A stretch of 64,000 nucleotides of DNA from an uncultured Nitrospiraceae bacterium (GTDB lineage Bacteria; Nitrospirota; Nitrospiria; Nitrospirales; Nitrospiraceae), in assembly GCA_963706325.1 (NCBI GenBank), contig CAVPLT010000004.1, positions 288,001 to 352,000 of the forward strand. Reading direction: 5' to 3'. A program made the position numbers and the translations under genes. The notes beneath the pieces were generated by a model. It saw only the letters and a program-made list of their open reading frames with translations. It did not search any database and was not told the origin of the DNA. This document shows positions 60,788 through 64,000 of the stretch, piece by piece. Numbering within the stretch: the first letter of the stretch is position 1; the number at the start of each line of letters is the position of its first letter.

Positions 60788-61105
60788 ATGCGAAAGGACC
60801 AACAGCTCGGGCTGGATGAGTTGATGATTGTGAACCCCAGTTCATCGGGGACAGAAGCCATGTTTCTTGGCGAAGACGGCACTGTGTATCAGGTACAAGG
60901 CCTGGGTGAAGACAATACACAGCAAGGAATGGGGCAATACTTTCTGGGCGGAGATGGTTCGCTGTATCAAGTGCAAGGCTTCAAAGAGGGCGGTTCAGCC
61001 GGGCCCGCCAAAAGTTCAGACGAAAACCTGGGAGAAGAGGACGGCCCTGCCCTTGGCCGGTACTTCCTTGGGGCCGACGGTGCGCTCTATGAGGTGGTTC
61101 GATAG
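60788..61105 (+). CDS. Acidic protein with three FLGxDGxxY(Q/E)V repeats
   Basis: FLGEDGTVYQV, FLGGDGSLYQV, FLGADGALYEV. Confidence 0.75.
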   Translation: MRKDQQLGLDELMIVNPSSSGTEAMFLGEDGTVYQVQGLGEDNTQQGMGQYFLGGDGSLYQVQGFKEGGSAGPAKSSDENLGEEDGPALGRYFLGADGALYEVVR

Positions 61106-61134
61106 GCAGTGATTGTTAGGAAAAAGGAGGCGTT

Positions 61135-61800
61135 ATGGCAAAAGTTCAAGGTGTGCAAGAAAAACTTCATTCCCCCCTCTACGATTGTTTCTTCGTGAAG
61201 GAAGAATTCAAGGAGCAACAAAATCCAAAAAAATTCACAGACTTTATGACCGATCCACGGGTGATTCGCTTCTTTGTGGATATCCAGAGTAAGACCAAGT
61301 TGGAAACGAACCTTCAAGCTTCCGGTGTCCTACCCAGTCTGAATAGGTTCGAGGCGAGGGCGTTGCGCGTGGTGGTGTCGAACCTGCGCCCCAAAGAGTT
61401 TGGAGACACTACGGGGCCAGGCAAAAGTCCCCGCTCCCCCGCCAATGAAAGTGCGATCTTGGCGGACCTAATCTACAACTCGGTGACCTCGTTGATAGTG
61501 GGGGAAAAGATCATGATCGAGATGCCCACTTTCTGGTTTCCATCAGGCGCTGGTGTCAGTCCGGGCCTCACCGTCTCCAACCACGGCGAACCTGATCCGA
61601 CTGCCACATTTCGTTTCGCCGAGCCGGTGTATATCGAGCCACAGCAGAACTTTCGTGTAGAGATGGCGTTCCCTCAGGGAGTACCTGGAGTAGCCGCCGG
61701 AGTAATTACAGCAGATGACACAAGGAAGTTGGCTCACGTGACGGGTCCGCTCCGCATCTGGGTCGTCCTGGACGGCTATCTGACACGCGATGTCCAGTAA
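61135..61800 (+). CDS. Putative single-jelly-roll major capsid-like protein
   Basis: AAGGAGG RBS; PLYD, TNLQASG.LP..F, G.P, P..I.PQQNFRVE, WVVLDGYL.R.VQ; CDS is clear, product inferred. Confidence 0.55.
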   Translation: MAKVQGVQEKLHSPLYDCFFVKEEFKEQQNPKKFTDFMTDPRVIRFFVDIQSKTKLETNLQASGVLPSLNRFEARALRVVVSNLRPKEFGDTTGPGKSPRSPANESAILADLIYNSVTSLIVGEKIMIEMPTFWFPSGAGVSPGLTVSNHGEPDPTATFRFAEPVYIEPQQNFRVEMAFPQGVPGVAAGVITADDTRKLAHVTGPLRIWVVLDGYLTRDVQ

Positions 61801-61828
61801 TCGATGAAAACCAAGAGGGAGGCAAACC

Positions 61829-62809
61829 ATGCGGAACTTAAGTGAAGACCAAGCGACCCAGATGATGGGTATCGGCTACCTCGGCGAGGTGCGCCAGGGG
61901 CCGGATGGGAATCTCTATCAATATGTGCAAGGTGTGGATGGTCTGGGCAATCCCATCGGTGCTTGGTGGAAGCGATTAGTGCGTCGGGCACTACCCCTGG
62001 CCCGACAATTCGCCCCGTTTATTCCGGGCGGGGCTGCGGCGCTCACAGCAGTGACTCCGTTTCTGAAACAGGCCGGCGTGGAAGGGTCTGAGGAGCTGGG
62101 GGCTTTTCACGGACTGGCGGCGGGTGAAGAGCTTCAGGGTATAAGCGACGACGCCATGACCCAGCTGATGGGTGTCGGCTACCTCGGCGAAGTGCGCCAG
62201 GGGCCGGATGGGAATCTCTACCAATATGTGCAGGGTGTGAATGGTCTGGGCAATCCCATCGGCGGCTTTTGGAGCAGAATGAAGCGTGGACTAAAGGCCG
62301 TTCATAGCTTGGCTCAACGAGGGGCATCGTTTATCCCCGGCCCCTATGGAGCAGCGATAGCAACGGGTCTCAAGCTAGCGACCCCACTTCTGCAAAAAGC
62401 CGGTGTTGCGGGTCATGACGGGATGGGCGCGCTCTACCAAGCTCCAGATGGTTCGCTCTACCAGGGCGTTTCGGAGAATGAAGCATTGCAAGGACTTGAT
62501 GACGACGCGGAACTTCGGGGGCTAGAGGCGGATGACGAGTTGCATGGACTCAATGATGACCCGGAACTGCGTGGCTTCGATGAGGGCGAAGAACTGCGTG
62601 GTCTGAACGATGATATGGAGCTGAGGGGGCTGGATGATAGCGAGGATCTGCGAGGTTTCGATGCCGAGCCGGAGATGCAGGGGATGGAAGGTTACGTTCG
62701 ACAGGACGGCGTTAGCGGACTGGAAGCCTTCGTGCCGCAGGAGCCGCCGCAGACGCGTTGGCACGTGGTACCCGGCCAGACGCCAGAGGTATGGAAACCA
62801 TTGTGGTAA
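61829..62809 (+). CDS. Repeat protein: duplicated GPDGNLYQ module plus amphipathic helices plus acidic 9-aa repeats
   Basis: GGGAGG RBS; internal duplication and ELRGLDD-type repeats. Confidence 0.8.
   Translation: MRNLSEDQATQMMGIGYLGEVRQGPDGNLYQYVQGVDGLGNPIGAWWKRLVRRALPLARQFAPFIPGGAAALTAVTPFLKQAGVEGSEELGAFHGLAAGEELQGISDDAMTQLMGVGYLGEVRQGPDGNLYQYVQGVNGLGNPIGGFWSRMKRGLKAVHSLAQRGASFIPGPYGAAIATGLKLATPLLQKAGVAGHDGMGALYQAPDGSLYQGVSENEALQGLDDDAELRGLEADDELHGLNDDPELRGFDEGEELRGLNDDMELRGLDDSEDLRGFDAEPEMQGMEGYVRQDGVSGLEAFVPQEPPQTRWHVVPGQTPEVWKPLW
61855..62262 (+). repeat. 105-bp intragenic direct repeat (61855-61959 and 62158-62262)
   Basis: Six mismatches by manual alignment. Confidence 0.9.
62483..62698 (+). 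repeat. Eight tandem 27-bp (9-aa) degenerate repeats
   Basis: ALQGLDDDA ELRGLEADD ELHGLNDDP ELRGFDEGE ELRGLNDDM ELRGLDDSE DLRGFDAEP EMQGMEGYV. Confidence 0.9.
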
Positions 62810-62899
62810 GCCGAGCTGCTAGATTTCCATCGCGGATGTCGCCTGCGCATTCCGCAGGTACAACTAGGCGCTTAGGATACGAGTGTGGAGGTAATGACC

Positions 62900-63559
62900 A
62901 TGCGATTAGGGCTTAGTCAAGACCAGCAACAGGTACCCGTTCGTTCAGCGTCGGACATCATGCCGCTGCCGATTGCTGTGCCTACCACCAAAGAGATTCC
63001 CTACGACTATGTGGCCAAGTTCACGTTGCGAGGAATACGCGGCAATCGTGTACAGGATGTGATCAACATCAGCATCGAAGGTGGGTTTGTGACTGTGGCG
63101 ATTGGGTATAGCTTCATCCCGGCTAAGTTGCAAACTTCGAATACGGGAACTGCAAGTGTACTCAGCTCAGCGGCAAGTGACGGCGTGAGCGGGCTGATCA
63201 ATAGCATCCTATCTTTGGAGAACGATCCACGCATGCTGGCGCAATGCCTGCTCGTCCGACTCTGTGGAATCGATTTCAAGTACAGCATCATCGATAGCGG
63301 GAGCGGCCGTGAGTTGCAGAATCAGCCGATTCACAATATCGCCGGGCTGGGAGAGGCGACCGGCGAGCGGCCTTTCCGTCCACTGGCTAAACCTATGCTG
63401 TTCATGCCCCGCTCGACTATCCGTATTGAAGTTGAAGAAATCTCGGAGGGGCTGATTTATGGTTACGAGGACACGGTGACCAAACAGCGTGTTGGTGCTG
63501 AGCTTTTCATGGTGTTGCACGGCTACAAAATACTGGGGTACGGAACGGGGTTGTCATGA
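62900..63559 (+). CDS. Putative second jelly-roll capsid-like protein
   Basis: GGAGG RBS; YDYVAKF, IIDSGSGRELQNQP, AKPMLFMPRSTIRIEV, LFMVLHGYK. Confidence 0.5.
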   Translation: MRLGLSQDQQQVPVRSASDIMPLPIAVPTTKEIPYDYVAKFTLRGIRGNRVQDVINISIEGGFVTVAIGYSFIPAKLQTSNTGTASVLSSAASDGVSGLINSILSLENDPRMLAQCLLVRLCGIDFKYSIIDSGSGRELQNQPIHNIAGLGEATGERPFRPLAKPMLFMPRSTIRIEVEEISEGLIYGYEDTVTKQRVGAELFMVLHGYKILGYGTGLS

Positions 63560-64000
63560 ACTTGAACCATGCTTGCGATGTCCATCGAGACATCGGTTAT
63601 TCCAACGTCTGCCAGGTCTGCGGCGTTCCCTTAGATGCCGGGTATTTCGATGTCGCCAGCATTAAAAAGGCGCCACAAAATGTCGGAGATGAAGTCGAAG
63701 TCGCGCGCTACGAGCTAAACTCCCAGTATTGCGGCACCTTGCTCTATTTCACCCAGTATGCGGAACAAGAAACATCCAAGCAGCAAGTGATTCCCCATAC
63801 ACCTGGTTATGAGTGGATTGTTCTCTGCAACAACCAGCCGCGGGCTCCCTACCTGCCCACAAGTCTGATCTTGAACCCTTGGGGCGCCACCAACCTTTCT
63901 ATCGACCTCAGATTGGAAGAGGGATGTACCGTGAGGTTGGTGGTTAGAAAAGTTACGCCGGGAGCGGATGAAACAGAGGTGAAATTGTCTCAAGTAGGAG
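63556..64000 (+). CDS. Putative third jelly-roll-like protein, truncated by window end
   Basis: ATGA overlap; open frame MNLNHACDVH...CQVCG...EVEVARYEL...LRLEEGCTVRLVVRK to the window edge; not in ORF track. Confidence 0.55.
   Translation, partial: MNLNHACDVHRDIGYSNVCQVCGVPLDAGYFDVASIKKAPQNVGDEVEVARYELNSQYCGTLLYFTQYAEQETSKQQVIPHTPGYEWIVLCNNQPRAPYLPTSLILNPWGATNLSIDLRLEEGCTVRLVVRKVTPGADETEVKLSQVG

Noticed and set aside
62483..62698. CRISPR-like periodicity
   Set aside because: These are in-frame degenerate coding repeats without spacers; no cas genes are present.
58906..64000. Tailed prophage, encapsulin, gas vesicle or contractile injection system
   Set aside because: No HK97-type, terminase, sheath/tube, baseplate or GvpA motifs are recognisable within the window.

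Overview
GC-rich bacterial chromosome segment. Gene order and a 121-bp inverted-repeat element suggest Nitrospira/Nitrospirota (inference). About 1-54.2 kb is mostly core genome: lptD, trxA, recN, a four-gene sigma54/c-di-GMP signalling cluster (including a 1399-aa REC-PAS-pseudokinase-2xPilZ-LuxD-like-methyltransferase protein), a PHM-like copper protein, bcp, fabI, an Rrf2-sbp-cysTWA sulfate uptake operon, glyQS, ppdK, ribD/ribE, acs and a lipoprotein cluster. From about 54.3 kb an accessory island begins, with a decayed Rep_trans rolling-circle initiator, an IS3 fragment and a stop-interrupted gene. Next come a sigma54 enhancer-binding protein with its own -24/-12 promoter and a second -24/-12 promoter in front of a tightly coupled operon that runs off the window. 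That operon encodes DUF3467, a transglutaminase-like Cys-His-Asp enzyme, glycine-repeat proteins with amphipathic helices, and three beta-rich proteins resembling single-jelly-roll capsid proteins of tailless viruses. This host-regulated, apparently replication-dead capsid-like operon is the best candidate for an undescribed system (domesticated virus-like particle). The fold assignment comes from pattern recall and needs structure prediction.
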